From positions 119,164,001 through 119,228,000 of the forward strand of contig OZ024740.1 of assembly GCA_964016885.1 (NCBI GenBank): a DNA stretch of 64,000 bases, in the 5' to 3' direction. Shown one piece after another: positions 50,196 to 62,169 of the stretch (its first letter is position 1; each line of letters begins with the position of its first letter). The notes beneath the pieces were generated by a model, which was given only the letters and a program-made list of their open reading frames with translations, ran no database searches and was not told the DNA's origin. The translations under genes and the position numbers were made by a program. This DNA is from Eledone cirrhosa (lineage: Eukaryota).

Positions 50196-50203
50196 TAAAG
50201 AGT

Positions 50204-50277
50204 CAGGACCCCGACAGTTGAGCTCCGGCCATTTCGACAGGTTGATTTAGCTGTAGAGCTCAGCCGTCGGGGTCCTG
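50204..50277. repeat. GC-rich 22-bp hairpin in a ~175-bp module flanked by (TA)n
   Basis: CAGGACCCCGACAGTTGAGCTC / GAGCTCAGCCGTCGGGGTCCTG. Confidence 0.85.
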
Positions 50278-50387
50278 TCCCTTTTCCTATTACCCACTCT
50301 ATTACCCTAAGTATTGAGAACTCTGGTGCATTGTGGTCCACCTGGTATCGTACCACACCTTCTTTGTATATATATATATATATATAA

Positions 50388-51488
50388 TCATCATCATCAT
50401 CATTTTACGTCCACTTTTCCCTGCTTGCAAGGGTGGGGCGGGTCCTATTCAGCACAGTATCTCTCGACTTGTCATGGTCTTTCGTCATCTCCTCCGCGAG
50501 CTTCAGCGATATGTGGTCTGCTCTCACTAACTCCGCCCATGTTTTTTGTGGTTTTCCTCTACTGCGTCTTCTTTCTACTGGGATTTCTTGGCACATCTTT
50601 ACCCACCGCTCATCCTCCATGTGCTTCACACGTCCATACCATCTCAGTCTTCTCTCCCGCACACCACTACTTATCCCTCTTATATATAGTTTCTCTCTCA
50701 ACTCATCTATGCTTGGACGTTCACGCACATTGACATTGCACATCCAATGGAACATGCTTGCTTCATTTTTCTCCAGCCATCACATATCCTCTGTAGTTGC
50801 TGCCCATGTCTCACTAGCATGCAGCATCGTGCATCTCACACAGGCATCATATAACCGGCTTTTCATACGCAGGGAGAAACCCTTCTTTGTTAACAGAGGA
50901 AGCAGCTCCCTAAACTTCTTCTAACCTGTCCTTAATCTAGATACTATGGCCTAGGAACACCCCCTCCCCTGCTAATCTGATCACCTAGGTACCGGGAGCT
51001 ATCAACCACTTCTATAGAACCCACCTGCATTTGCAAAATGTGTCTATCACTGCGATTACTAATGTCAAATTTTCCTGTACATCTACTGCATACATAATTT
51101 CCCCTACCTGTTAGTTTTCCTGCTATCCCACTACCTCTCTTGTGTACCCAAGATTAGCATTGTGTACATTTTATAGAATTTATGCCAGTTCCTTTTCTAC
51201 ATATTGAACATGGCCATTTCCCTGATGGAATCAGAGTTTTTTCCTCGTCTCTTCTACCTATCAACACTTTTGTTTTAGCTATATTCACTCTCAAGCCTCT
51301 TTATACCAACTGGTGTTTCCATAGCCAGAATTTATTCTCTAGCTCCTCTACTGATTCTGCTATAAGAACCAGATCATCAGCATAGAGAAGTTCCCATGGG
51401 CAGCCAGTCTTAAACACCTCTGTTATGGCTTGAAGGACTATAATGAACAAGAGCGGGCTGAGGACCGAACCCTGATGTACTCCTACTT

Positions 51489-51490
<2 letters not shown>
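50388..51490 (-). mobile_element. 5'-truncated RTE LINE (subfamily with very short 3' UTR) inserted in (TA)n
   Basis: VGVHQGSVLSPLLF...WELLYADDLVL (RT YADD) through RRLRWYGRV; (ATC)n tail; TA repeats on both flanks. Confidence 0.95.
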
Positions 51491-51560
<70 letters not shown>

Positions 51561-51696
51561 GAAGTTTGAGGGCCACAACAATTCAAATTGGATGAACAAG
51601 AAAATAAGATGAAACAAGATGTTATGTGTTACCTTAATTATTTATCCATCCTGATTTTTTGAGATAAAATCTTTTCTTCAGAATATAACAAGTGAG

Positions 51697-51735
51697 CAGT
51701 CCGGATTCAGTAGGGTGTTTACCGAATCCGGACTG
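51697..51735 (-). repeat. 16-bp hairpin upstream of a decayed CTGAAGA motif
   Basis: CAGTCCGGATTCAGTA / TACCGAATCCGGACTG; the single mismatch is G-U on the minus strand. Confidence 0.7.
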
Positions 51736-53740
51736 GTCAAGAATGTCAGTGTAAGGAGGAGATCTGGCATAGGTTGGATGGGGGAAAGGTAATTACAGAT
51801 GTAAGTGTAGTGAGGAGCACATTGTGGGAGTCCAGATATCTGGTCTTTCCATGATGGCATGGGTTGGACACACATAGTTACATACACACTGCAATCTTCT
51901 GTAGCTACTACAACACTTTAAGTTTTTTTAAATTATATGTAGTGCACTCTCAGATGTACCCACCTCTTCTTTTTCCATGACCCAGTCTATGTTGCATCTA
52001 CAAACCCTACTGTAACTTCTGTTGTTATTGTTCAATCAATAACTGCTTCACAGAATGTACTGGGTACATTTTATCAGAGACGTTTTCTTGTCTTTGATGT
52101 AACTGGAGAGTTCACTCTACCTTACATTTTTTATTTTCAATCGCTAATACTTTCTCTCAAGAATTTCTCCAATACACATCATTTTTCCTGCAGTCATTAG
52201 CCTGTTGCATCCAAGAAAATATCAGCTACATAGATCACCAGTCTCAAAATACCTGCATATGCCATGAATATAGCCACATCTTCCAGACTTAAACATTAAC
52301 AATAATTATTCAATTGCAGAATTCATGATGAAACTCAACTACACGGACACTGGGACTAAATAAAGATAAAATAGTCTAAATAATAATATATCTACTAGAC
52401 ACATAAAGAAACCACACAACAATAAGGCAGCCTACAATTTTTTGTTGCTTGAATACCTTGAATTTATTTCAGTACATGAGAAGTATATCAGTTTGGAAAG
52501 ATTTGTATTTGTAATAGGATCATACTTTCTTTGTAGGTTATCAACATATTGCTTTCTTGATTGTATTCTGTTCATTTCATCAGAACTGACGTTAAAACTA
52601 GCCTGAAGTAGAGTTTATGAACTCTATAGATTGAGTGCTATGTAATACTTTTTCTGAGATGTAACCTTTCCAGGATCTACGTTGTCCTTTCAAAAAGCTC
52701 ATAATTTTGTAACAAAATACAACTATATAAAATAATATATCAAAATACAATCATTTGTTCACAGGAAAAAGAAAATTCCCAAAACATGAAGCAATCGGAT
52801 AAGTAAAAGGTTTTAGGTATAGGAAAATAGATTATTTTTCATTGACTTTCATTATTTTCTGATAACTAAATATGGAAGTCTTGCTATGGAAAATGTTTCT
52901 GTTAGTTGTCATGATTGATTGACATTTTGTGTTTTCTCTTCTCTAAATCAATGTGTCCACTTTGGAATGTGCAGATTATTGGTTAATCTCATAGAATTCA
53001 TCTTCATTTACATCTTTCTTGCATCAAGTATATATTGTATCCTACCATGAACAAAATTTGAATTCCGTATATTCTCCAGAAAAAAGTTTAAAAATGGAAA
53101 ATACAGAAATAAATACTGGAAAATAAAAAAAAGTGTTCAGAATAAAACAATAGGTAAATATGATTTAATACAAAATTGTATTCATCATCCATATTATCTT
53201 TCATCTTCGTTACCACTTATAATCCATAATTCTATCAGGAGTTACTAACAACACTATGTACTTCATAACCACTGCTATTATCATTAACAGCACCACCATG
53301 TATCAGAGACATCTCTTTCAATAGTAACAGTACCACTACTAACATTACAAAAAGTGAAGCAAACAAAGGAATTGAAATTCTTTTCTCTAAACAAAGTATA
53401 TCAAGACAAAATACTCATTCTATACAACACACAATATTCAAATATATGGGTTGTATTTTATTTATTCATTTCTTTCTTCTTATCAACAACATTACGCTTG
53501 CATAAGCTATTATTATGTTATATTCTAAATTGCTATAATTCCATCTCCCATGTTTGACTCTTGTTTACCTTTGTCTTATCTCCAACTGGTGAGTAACCAT
53601 CTCTTATGGTTCATTTAGAAATATTTTCAAAATATTCTTTTATAATTTCATTTTTCAAAATAATTTTGAATATATATTATTCTTTTTAGGAATCAAAACT
53701 TACTGCACATTAACATTAATTCTCTTTCAGATATTCATAA

Positions 53741-53925
53741 TAATTGTTTCTACTTTTGGCACAAGGCCAGCAATTACCCAGTGTATTACTGGTACTTTAT
53801 TTTATCGACCCCGTAAGGATGAAGGGCAAAGTTAACCTCGGCGGGATTTGAACTCAGAATGGCAAGGGGCGTAACTCTATGCGTCAAAGCATGGCGTCCG
53901 ACCGTCTACCGATACTGCCAATCCA
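53741..53925 (-). mobile_element. SINE
   Basis: Near-consensus copy; extreme 5' bases missing. Confidence 0.92.
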
Positions 53926-54337
53926 AATGACAGAAAATCATAATCATCATCATCATTATAGTATTCTTTATTTAGGCATTCACAACACTGATTTCATTGA
54001 AGATGAATTTTATTAAAGATTTTGGGTATAATTAGGAACATTTTTCTATTTCAAATATAGGAAAGTTTTCCTTGCTTCTCCTCGTACAAATGCTCTACTA
54101 CAGAAAAAATTAAAGTAATACATAATGAAAGACACAAAGAACTTGAAGCTGCTTCAGTCTTATTCACAACCACAAGCTCTAATTAAACCTTTTCACTATC
54201 ATATTTCTAATGAAAGACCTTCCCTCAGCTTTTCAACTCACTTAAATAAAGATGTTTAAGGGATATAGTATAAAACTAACTTTCTCTTTATTATGCTGGT
54301 ATTTGGAACATAGTCTTTATTATTATTATTATAAAGA

Positions 54338-54980
54338 CTAGATGACGTACCCAGCTTCCCCCGGGTAACGCTGTAGTTCACTGTTTGATAAAGTCGAATT
54401 GCTTTTATTATCAGTATTCATTTCGAGCAATTGTCAAAAAATGACACAATAATAAATATAAAAGGTCCCTATTTACTCCCTTCACAACTCTGTGTATGTT
54501 AGACTGACAGACATGCACACAGACAGATAAACTGCGTGGCGATTGTGCAACGCCGCACGGACACACACATACACGCTTGGAAACGCGCACACGCACGCAA
54601 ACTTACACACGCACACGTGCACTTACGCACACACTCACACATGTTGATAGTTTTTACTTTCTGTGGAACGCTGCACGCACGCACACACACATAAAGATAC
54701 GCGCACGTACATACACACGCGCACATGTTAATAGTGATTGCTTTCCTTCCCCTCTTATTTCCACACACATCACACACACACACATATACATAGTGTATCC
54801 AACACAGCGTTCAATTGCCTCTCTGTTTCTTACTCTACCCTCTCACTCCCTCATTGGCATTATGCATATTAATTTAAGTTTGGCGTCGTTGAGGTGGGCG
54901 GAGTCGTTTGAAACCTATGAACCAATGATAATCGAGAATTATGACACACGGAATACTGACATTGTTGAAATTAATATATA
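54338..54980 (-). mobile_element. Non-autonomous Helitron, short copy
   Basis: Plus strand A|CTAG..GTACCCAGCTTCCCCGGGTA (3' end and hairpin); body collinear with 55533-56101; 5' end lacks the terminal TC. Confidence 0.9.
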
Positions 54981-56103
54981 CTAGCTGATGTACCCAGCTT
55001 CGCCCGGGTAAACAGATGATAAGAGAAGACGGGTAAAAGAGAAAATGACTGTATGGGATGTTTGTCTGGTTACAGTATGAGGCGAGTCCGTGGTGTCTGT
55101 GTGATACAAAAGACAGTAAAAAAAATCTTCCAGATATACCAGATACTTCGTTATTCCGTTTGTGCATAGTATATGAACAATTCTAGGTGCTCCCACCTAG
55201 AATATTGACCTCTAGGAGATGGTTCATCTTCTGCTTGACTGTAAAACGTTTATCATTGCATAGACGTGGTTGTTCCACGTTCCTCAAAAGGATGATGGAA
55301 GTTCCAATCTTTTATATTATATGTAGATATAGATAATTAATATAAACGATGATGCTCAGCCAGTTCGTCTTCAACCATCGCAGCACTCCGTCGCTGTTTG
55401 GCTCCAGTCTTTCGTTGGCGTTGTTTAGCCAGCTCCTTTTCATTCATGGCGGCACGTCTTCGCTTCTGATGTTCGGCGTTCCGATGGCGCTGTTCGGCCC
55501 GTTTTTCTTCATTCCTGGCTGCACGCCGTCGCCGCTCTAGTTCACTGTTTGATAAAGTCGAATTGCTTTTATTATCAGTATTCATTTCGAGCAATTGTCA
55601 AAAAGTGACACAATAATAAATATAAAAGATGTCCGTCAATGTAAAAACGGTCCCTATTTACTCCCTTCACAACTCTGTGTATGTTAGAGTGACAGACAGG
55701 CACACAGACAGATAAACTGCGTGACGATTGTGGAACGCCCCACGTACACACACATACACGCATGGAAACGCGCACACGCACGCAAACTTACACAGGCACC
55801 CGTGCACTTACACACACTTACACACTCACACCTGTTGATAGATTTTACTTTCTGTGGAACGCTGCACGCACGCACACATAAACATACGCGCACATACATA
55901 CACACGCACACATGGTAATAGTTACAACGTTCACTTTGTATCTCTGTTTCTTACTCTCCCCTCTCACTCCCTCATTGGCATTATGCGTATTAATTTCAGT
56001 TTGGCGTCGTTGAGGTGGGCGGAGTCGTTTGAAACCTATGAACCAATGATAATCGAGAATTATGACACACGGACTACTGACGTTGTTGAAATTAATATAT
56101 AGA
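54981..56103 (-). mobile_element. Non-autonomous Helitron, long copy with RepHel remnants
   Basis: CTAG..TACCCAGCTTCGCCCGGGTA 3' end; 5' A|TC at 56103; basic repeat ORF 55337-55594 (RRRRAARNEEKRAEQRHRNAEHQKRRRAAM) and helicase tail VGAPRIVHILCTNGITKYLVYLEDF. Confidence 0.9.
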
Positions 56104-56142
56104 TCTCTACACAAAATTATGATCGAAGGTTTTTATATATTA

Positions 56143-56178
<36 letters not shown>

Positions 56179-56744
56179 CACTTTAGATTAAAGAGGCTTG
56201 TATCATGGTTTCACATTGTAGTGTACCAAAAGTGTTAATCCTAAACAAGCTTCTTAGCAAGGCTAATACATATACATTTACAGATAACTGTAAATTAGAA
56301 ACATACATAGTTACTCTACACTGTTGTAAACTTTGAAAATACTGTATACGCATTGTGTTAGCTTTCAATACTAAGTTTATATGCTTCTATTGGATGCATG
56401 AAGTGCTTCCACAATGCTACACCTTGTATTCTATTCTACTAACTGAGTAAGAACGAATCCTCTAAAAAGCTATATTTCTTTAAACTATAGAATAAGATAC
56501 ATTGACAAACACTAGTACAGTATGAAAAGGTTAGAGCCAATCAATGATAAAGTCTTTCTTGAGCCTTGAGGTGCAACAGACTGGAGCCTATCCCCATTTT
56601 CATTCAACCTCATCTAGAGTAATTTCTTTCTTCCTTGTTTTCATTTTCATTTTCTGAATAAGGAAATGGATCAAAAGTTCTGATTTTGCTATACAGGATA
56701 AGATTACTGATATTGAGAAACATATTGTTAGATAACATACATGA

Positions 56745-56895
56745 GAGCTTGACTGGACTTGCTTGGAGACTCAACTGGATCAATTGGAGATGGTTGCTTC
56801 TGACAGTACGTGCTTGAAAGTGTGTTTCAGGACTCGGTCCATATGACCCTCCCAGGAATAAGTGGGAAAAGATGATGATGAAAAAGAAGAAGAAG
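56745..56895 (+). mobile_element. 3' end of the old RTE family
   Basis: GTTGCTTCTGACAG...ATGACCCTCCCAGGAATAAGTG + (GAT/GAA) tail, matching 13520-13632. Confidence 0.75.
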
Positions 56896-57129
56896 CATAT
56901 TAATTTCTTTCTTCCAAATGCTTGATGTAACTATTAAATAAAATATTTCAAATTTATACTGAAATATTTGGAAAACTATTCGAGACAGATATTCAATCAT
57001 CCAACCAGGTCAAGAAGTAAACTATTATTTATCTGTTTATGTAATTCATCAACGTCTGTAGAGAGCTAGTTAATCATGACAGACTAGGGGAAGTTTCTAG
57101 TACTTCTACAGTTGAGAAAAAAAAAAAAA

Positions 57130-57375
57130 TTACACAGTCCACACTGTAAAGTGGTCATGTAGGAGACATGGTAAAAAGGCTCCCTGTCCACACTGTAAAT
57201 GTGGTTGGTGTTAGGAAGGGCATCAAGCCATAGAAAACCTGCCAGAGATAGTTCTGTACAAGCAAGACACGGTCACCCAACTAATCTACTCTCAAGTGGG
57301 ACAAACCCTTCCAATCCATGCTAGCGTGGAAGATGAACATTAAACACTGATGTTGATGATGATGATGATGATGAT
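57130..57375 (+). mobile_element. RTE 3' UTR
   Basis: CCACACTGTAAA modules, GTTAGGAAGGGCATC, ATCCATGCTAGCGTGG, (GAT)n. Confidence 0.85.
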
Positions 57376-57491
57376 AATTGTTTTTTTAAATAAATAAAAA
57401 TGCTAAAAATTATAATTATGTAACAGTTTCATCAATTAGGAATAGAAATACAGTTTAAAGCTTTTTCAAAAATCAAAGCGAGCTAAATAAT

Positions 57492-57980
57492 ATACCTGAT
57501 TAAATAATTGTTTCTACTCTTGGCACAAGGCCAGCTATTATCCCAGTGCATTACTGGTACTTTATTTTATCGACCCCATAAGGATGAAAGGCAAAGTTAA
57601 CCTCGGTGGGATTTGACCTCAGACAGTAAAGAAATGTAACTCTATGGTGCAACCCATGGTGTCTGACCCTCTACCAATACTGCCAATCCACCGCCATCAT
57701 ACCTGATTAAATAATTGTTTCTATTTTTGGCACAAGGCCAGCAATTATCTCAGTGCATTACTAGTACTTGATTAAATAATTGTTTCTACTTTAGGTACAA
57801 GGCCAGCAAATAGCCAGTTCATTACTGGTACTTTATTTTATCGACCCCGTAAGGATGAAAGGCAAAGTCAACTTCGGCAGGATTTTAACTCAGACGTAAA
57901 GGGACGTAACTATGCTGGAAAGCATGGCGTCCGACCCTCTACCGATACTGCCAATCCACCGCCCTACTTGATTAAATAAT
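57492..57980 (-). mobile_element. Three tandem SINE copies (full, 3' fragment, full) separated by one repeated target sequence
   Basis: Copies at 57507-57695, 57714-57764 and 57780-57964; TAC(C/T)TGATTAAATAAT occurs four times (57493, 57700, 57765, 57965). Confidence 0.92.
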
Positions 57981-59940
57981 GAAATTTGTTTTACATCAAA
58001 TATACGAATCTTAAATTTTAACTTCTAGATATTAGATATTAAACATTTAATGCATCATATTGCTTGTAATTAAACTAATGGCTCATGAATAATGAAATCA
58101 GATCTTTCTCTTTCTTCATTTACGTCATCATTATCTATCTATGGTATTACTTTGGGCATCATTCTAATCATATTTATATTTATCTCCTGATTTAGCTAAA
58201 GTGCAGCTTAATTGTTTATTATTGTAAAATATTTGAGCTAAGAAGGCAATGAGATGGAATATATATCATTAAGGCATTTTGAACTACAACACTTCTTACT
58301 TCATTGGTTACTTTTTTATAATTGTAAAAATAAATCTACAGCAATGTCATGTATTTTGTTTGATGTGAAATTAATCCTCATGAGGGCTTTTCAGCAACAC
58401 ATGATGTTATTTTAAAATTCATCAGTATCTGCTTACTTCTCCTTCCTTAGATGCCGAGAAAATGTAGTTGAAAATTATTTGCTTATTCAGATATGTTCTT
58501 AGACCCAACTTTGTTTCATAGTGGTACAAGAGTGATATAATGTTTCTATTGTTACTCTAGTAACAACTGACTGGCCATTAACCTTCTACCATTATGTTAA
58601 TCATTTTTATCTTGGTATCTACTTGTTTACATATGAATGAGTAATCAATATAGCCTCAGCATTGTGGGAAGTTGTCCCCAAATGTCTACAATTATATATT
58701 TATGTTGCCATATGGGTACTTTTCCTATAATTATTCTTTCTCTTTCCCTGAAGTTAATAAAGCCTGTTTTTTTTATGATGATGATGTTGACGATTGTGAT
58801 GATTGTGGTGATGATGAAGAGAATAGAGGAGGAGGAGGAAGAGGAGGAGAGGGGACGGGCAGAGGGATGGTGGTATGGTAGACGAGGGGGAGTGGAGGTG
58901 GTGGAGGAGGAGTACGATAATTATGATGATGATCAACATTTTCCAACATTAATTAAAATTACTACCCAACAAGAAACATTAACAACTATTCATGCAACAG
59001 CCATGACACTATAAACATATTCAAAATCATCATCAAGATCATTGTCAATACAAGATTTTATTGTTAGTTTTTTACAATGGACTGATGTAATAAGAAGTGA
59101 AAAGTGAAAAGAAATTTTGAAAGTATACAAAAAATAATAAATTCAATTCTTTTAAAATGCTTAGATGTGTGAACATGAAAGAACATAATAAAAAAAATTG
59201 TATTACAACAACAATACCTAAAGACATAATTCTTAGTTTATAGTACGTTATATTTGTTTTATTGAATCAGTTAAAGAACAATTGACTTTATGATGAAATA
59301 AAAATAAAAGAAATACTAAAAATGTAATAAATGGGACCAATCTTGCAAAAAGTAATTTATAAAACAATTTCTTTACTTATCAAATTTGAGAACTTAGTCC
59401 ATTAAAATTGTTTGAAATCAATATCTTTTGTTAGTAGTACTAATATTGCTGTAGCAGAAGCTAAGTGATTAAGTAGATCAGACACCTGACAGCCACCCCA
59501 CTGATTGTAAGTTCAAGATTTGGTGCATCTACTTTCCAAACTCAAGAAAACATCGAAATAAAAGTATTTAAACCAGAGGCAATAGAAAGGGGTTCCAGCT
59601 AGATCTTGTCAACAAAATCTCCATACGGTTTAAATACATGAGTCTCAGCTATCCGAATGGCTAAATGTCAGCAGAAGGGCACCCAGGAGACATGATCTGG
59701 CAGTGATGTAGATAGAATATGTGCCGCCCAGAGCAGCCCTTCAGTTTGCCGCTCCCGGCCACAACATAAAACACATATTGCTTTTAACACACACATATAT
59801 ATATATATAAGCAAAGAGATATTTAATTTGTTGGTTATTCAACAACTTTATTTATAACAGATTCAAACCACTCTACAAGTTTTCCGGAGTATAATATCAA
59901 TGATATTAATAAATGGAAACTATAGTTTTAAAACCATATT

Positions 59941-60000
59941 TATTTTATAATATATATTTCAAAGGTACCAAATCTTGGTATGCTCTCATCAGATAAAATA
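59941..60000 (-). ncRNA. Minimal hammerhead ribozyme (core intact, AUU site)
   Basis: Minus strand TATTTTAT-CTGATGA-GAGCATACCAA(GAT)TTGGTACCTTT-GAAA-TATATA-TT-ATAAAATA. Confidence 0.7.
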
Positions 60001-60035
60001 CAAACTTTGTTTTATAAACTGAACCTGAAATTTTG

Positions 60036-60096
60036 TATTTTATCTGATGAGAGTGTACCAAAATGTTGGTACCTTTGAAATATATAGAATAAAATA
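60036..60096 (+). ncRNA. Minimal hammerhead ribozyme (cleavage triplet mutated to AGA)
   Basis: TATTTTAT-CTGATGA-GAGTGTACCAA(AATG)TTGGTACCTTT-GAAA-TATATA-GA-ATAAAATA. Confidence 0.6.
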
Positions 60097-60160
60097 AATA
60101 TGGTTTTATAAATATAGTTTCCATTTATTAATATCATTGTTATACATATATATATATGTA

Positions 60161-61310
60161 TCATCATCATCATCGTTTAACGTCCATCTTCCATGCTAGC
60201 ATGGGTTGAACGGTTTTGTCCCACTTGAGAAGAGATTGGGCGGGAGACCATGTCTCGCTCATACAGGACTGTTTCTGACAGGTTTTCTATGGCTGGATGC
60301 CCTTCCTAACACCAACCAGTTTTTATCACCTTATCCCAGGTTTTCTTGGTCTACCCACTCCGTAGCTTCCATCAATTTTGATTGCTCTGCACTTTTTTAT
60401 ACAGCTGTTGTCCTTCATACACATCACATGTCCATACCAATGCAATTTCCTCTCCTGCACACAACATTTGGTTCCTCTTATGCTTAGTCTCTCTCTCATT
60501 TCGTTTATGATTTGCCGTTTGCGTACATTAATATTACATATCCATTGGAGCATGCAAGCTTCGTTTCTTTCTAATCTTTGCAAGTATTCTGCACACAACG
60601 CCCAGGTCTCACTACCATGTAATATCGCCGTCCGTATACAAGCATCATACAATCTGCTTTTCATTTTTAGAGAAAAACCCCTTTGTGACAAACAGCCATA
60701 TTAGCTCTCTGAACTTTTTCCATCCAGTTCTAACTCTGGAAACTGTACTTTCAGAACACGTTCCTCCACTGCCAATTTTATCACCCAGGTAACAGAAAGT
60801 GTCTACTATTTATTTCTATAGAACCATCTGGGCAGTTGAAGGAGATATCATCCAGTGGGTCCTTGCTACTTACTGCACCTGAGCATCGGCCACATATAAC
60901 ATCTACATTCTTAGATAGCTTACCTGTGATCCCACTACATCATTTGTGTACACTTAGTTTGCATTTGGGGCATAGAATGGAATTTCTACCTTCTCCCTTC
61001 TTACACACTGAGCAAGGCCATTTCCCAGAGGGCACCTGTGCCATATTCTCCTTTCTACATACCAGAACTTTAGTCTTAGACAGGTCAACTTAAGGCCTTT
61101 CGAGTCTAGGCCATGCGTCCATGTTTTCAATTTACTCTCTAGTTCAGCCATAGTTTCAGCTATGAGAGTTAGATCATCTGCATATAGAAGTTCTCATGGG
61201 CAACCAGTTTTAAACTTTTCTGTTACAGCCTGAAGGACAATAATAAACAGGAAGGGCTTGAGGATGGAGCATGATGAACACCTACTTTTATGGTAAATTC
61301 TTCACCATAT
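60161..61310 (-). mobile_element. 5'-truncated RTE LINE with internal 3' deletion
   Basis: ELLYADDL (RT) near 61180; ORF 60326-60691 LYDACIRTAILHGSETW..WYGHV; (ATC)n tail. Confidence 0.93.
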
Positions 61311-61365
61311 TGATATATGTATATGTATATGTATATATAAATATATATATGTATATATATATATA

Positions 61366-62139
61366 TCATCATCATCATCATCATCATCATCGTTTAACGT
61401 CCATCATCCACGCTAGCATGGGTTTGGACGGGAATTTTTCCACTTGAGGCAAGATTGGTTGTCTTGCTCGGATAGGACTGTCTGGCGGGTTTTCTACGGC
61501 TGGATGCCCTTCCTAACACCAACCACGTTTACAGTGTGGGGCTGGGAGGTTGTTACTGTGTTACCTACACGGCCACATTACAGCGTGGACTGTGTGTTTT
61601 TTTTGTCGTGACACCTACACGACCTCAATTGTTTCGGCCTGGATGTTGTGGTACCAACATAACATTACATTGGAAGGAGTGGTGTGAATGGGGTGGGGGT
61701 AGTGGGACGGGGGTGTATTTTTATTAGAGGTGCCTACTGACTGTAGGTTTTGCTTTGTACTTAGGCAAGGCGGGGCTTCTGTATTACTGTGTAGCGCCAA
61801 AGATCTCGGTCCAGTGACATTGTTTTGGAGAGGTGTAAGTGTGTGAGGTCGGAATTTATCAAGTCGTCCCAGGTTTTCGCAGGCTACCGTCTATTTTTAT
61901 CGCCCTGCACTTTTTTATACAGCTGTCGTCTTTGATGCGCATCACGTGACCGTACCAACGTAGTCTTCTCTCGAGTAAACAGCATCTGATCCTTCTTATT
62001 CATAATTTCTCCCTTAGTTCATTTATGCTTTGCCGTTCACGTATATTGCTATTACACGTCCAGCGGAGCATGCAAGCTTCGTTCCTCTCCAGTCTGCGTA
62101 TATCCTCTGCACACAATGCCCAAGTCTCACTGCCATGCA
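61366..62139 (-). mobile_element. 5'-truncated RTE LINE (same subfamily as 17193-18088)
   Basis: LHGSETWALCAEDIRRLERNEACML; full 3' UTR; (ATC)n tail. Confidence 0.93.
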
Positions 62140-62169
62140 ACATTGCTAGAGGAAAAGCAGAGGAAAACA

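Larger units (their letters stand above)
59898..60139. repeat. ~107-bp-arm inverted repeat with back-to-back hammerheads
   Basis: Arms 59898-60004 and 60032-60139; 27-nt spacer. Confidence 0.9.

Noticed and set aside
55337-55594. Arg/Glu-rich ORF as a host gene
   Set aside because: Lies inside Helitron ends; resembles a RepHel N-terminal repeat remnant.
59700-59762. GC-rich TGCCGCCC tract as a MITE end or ribozyme
   Set aside because: No matching second terminus and no convincing fold.
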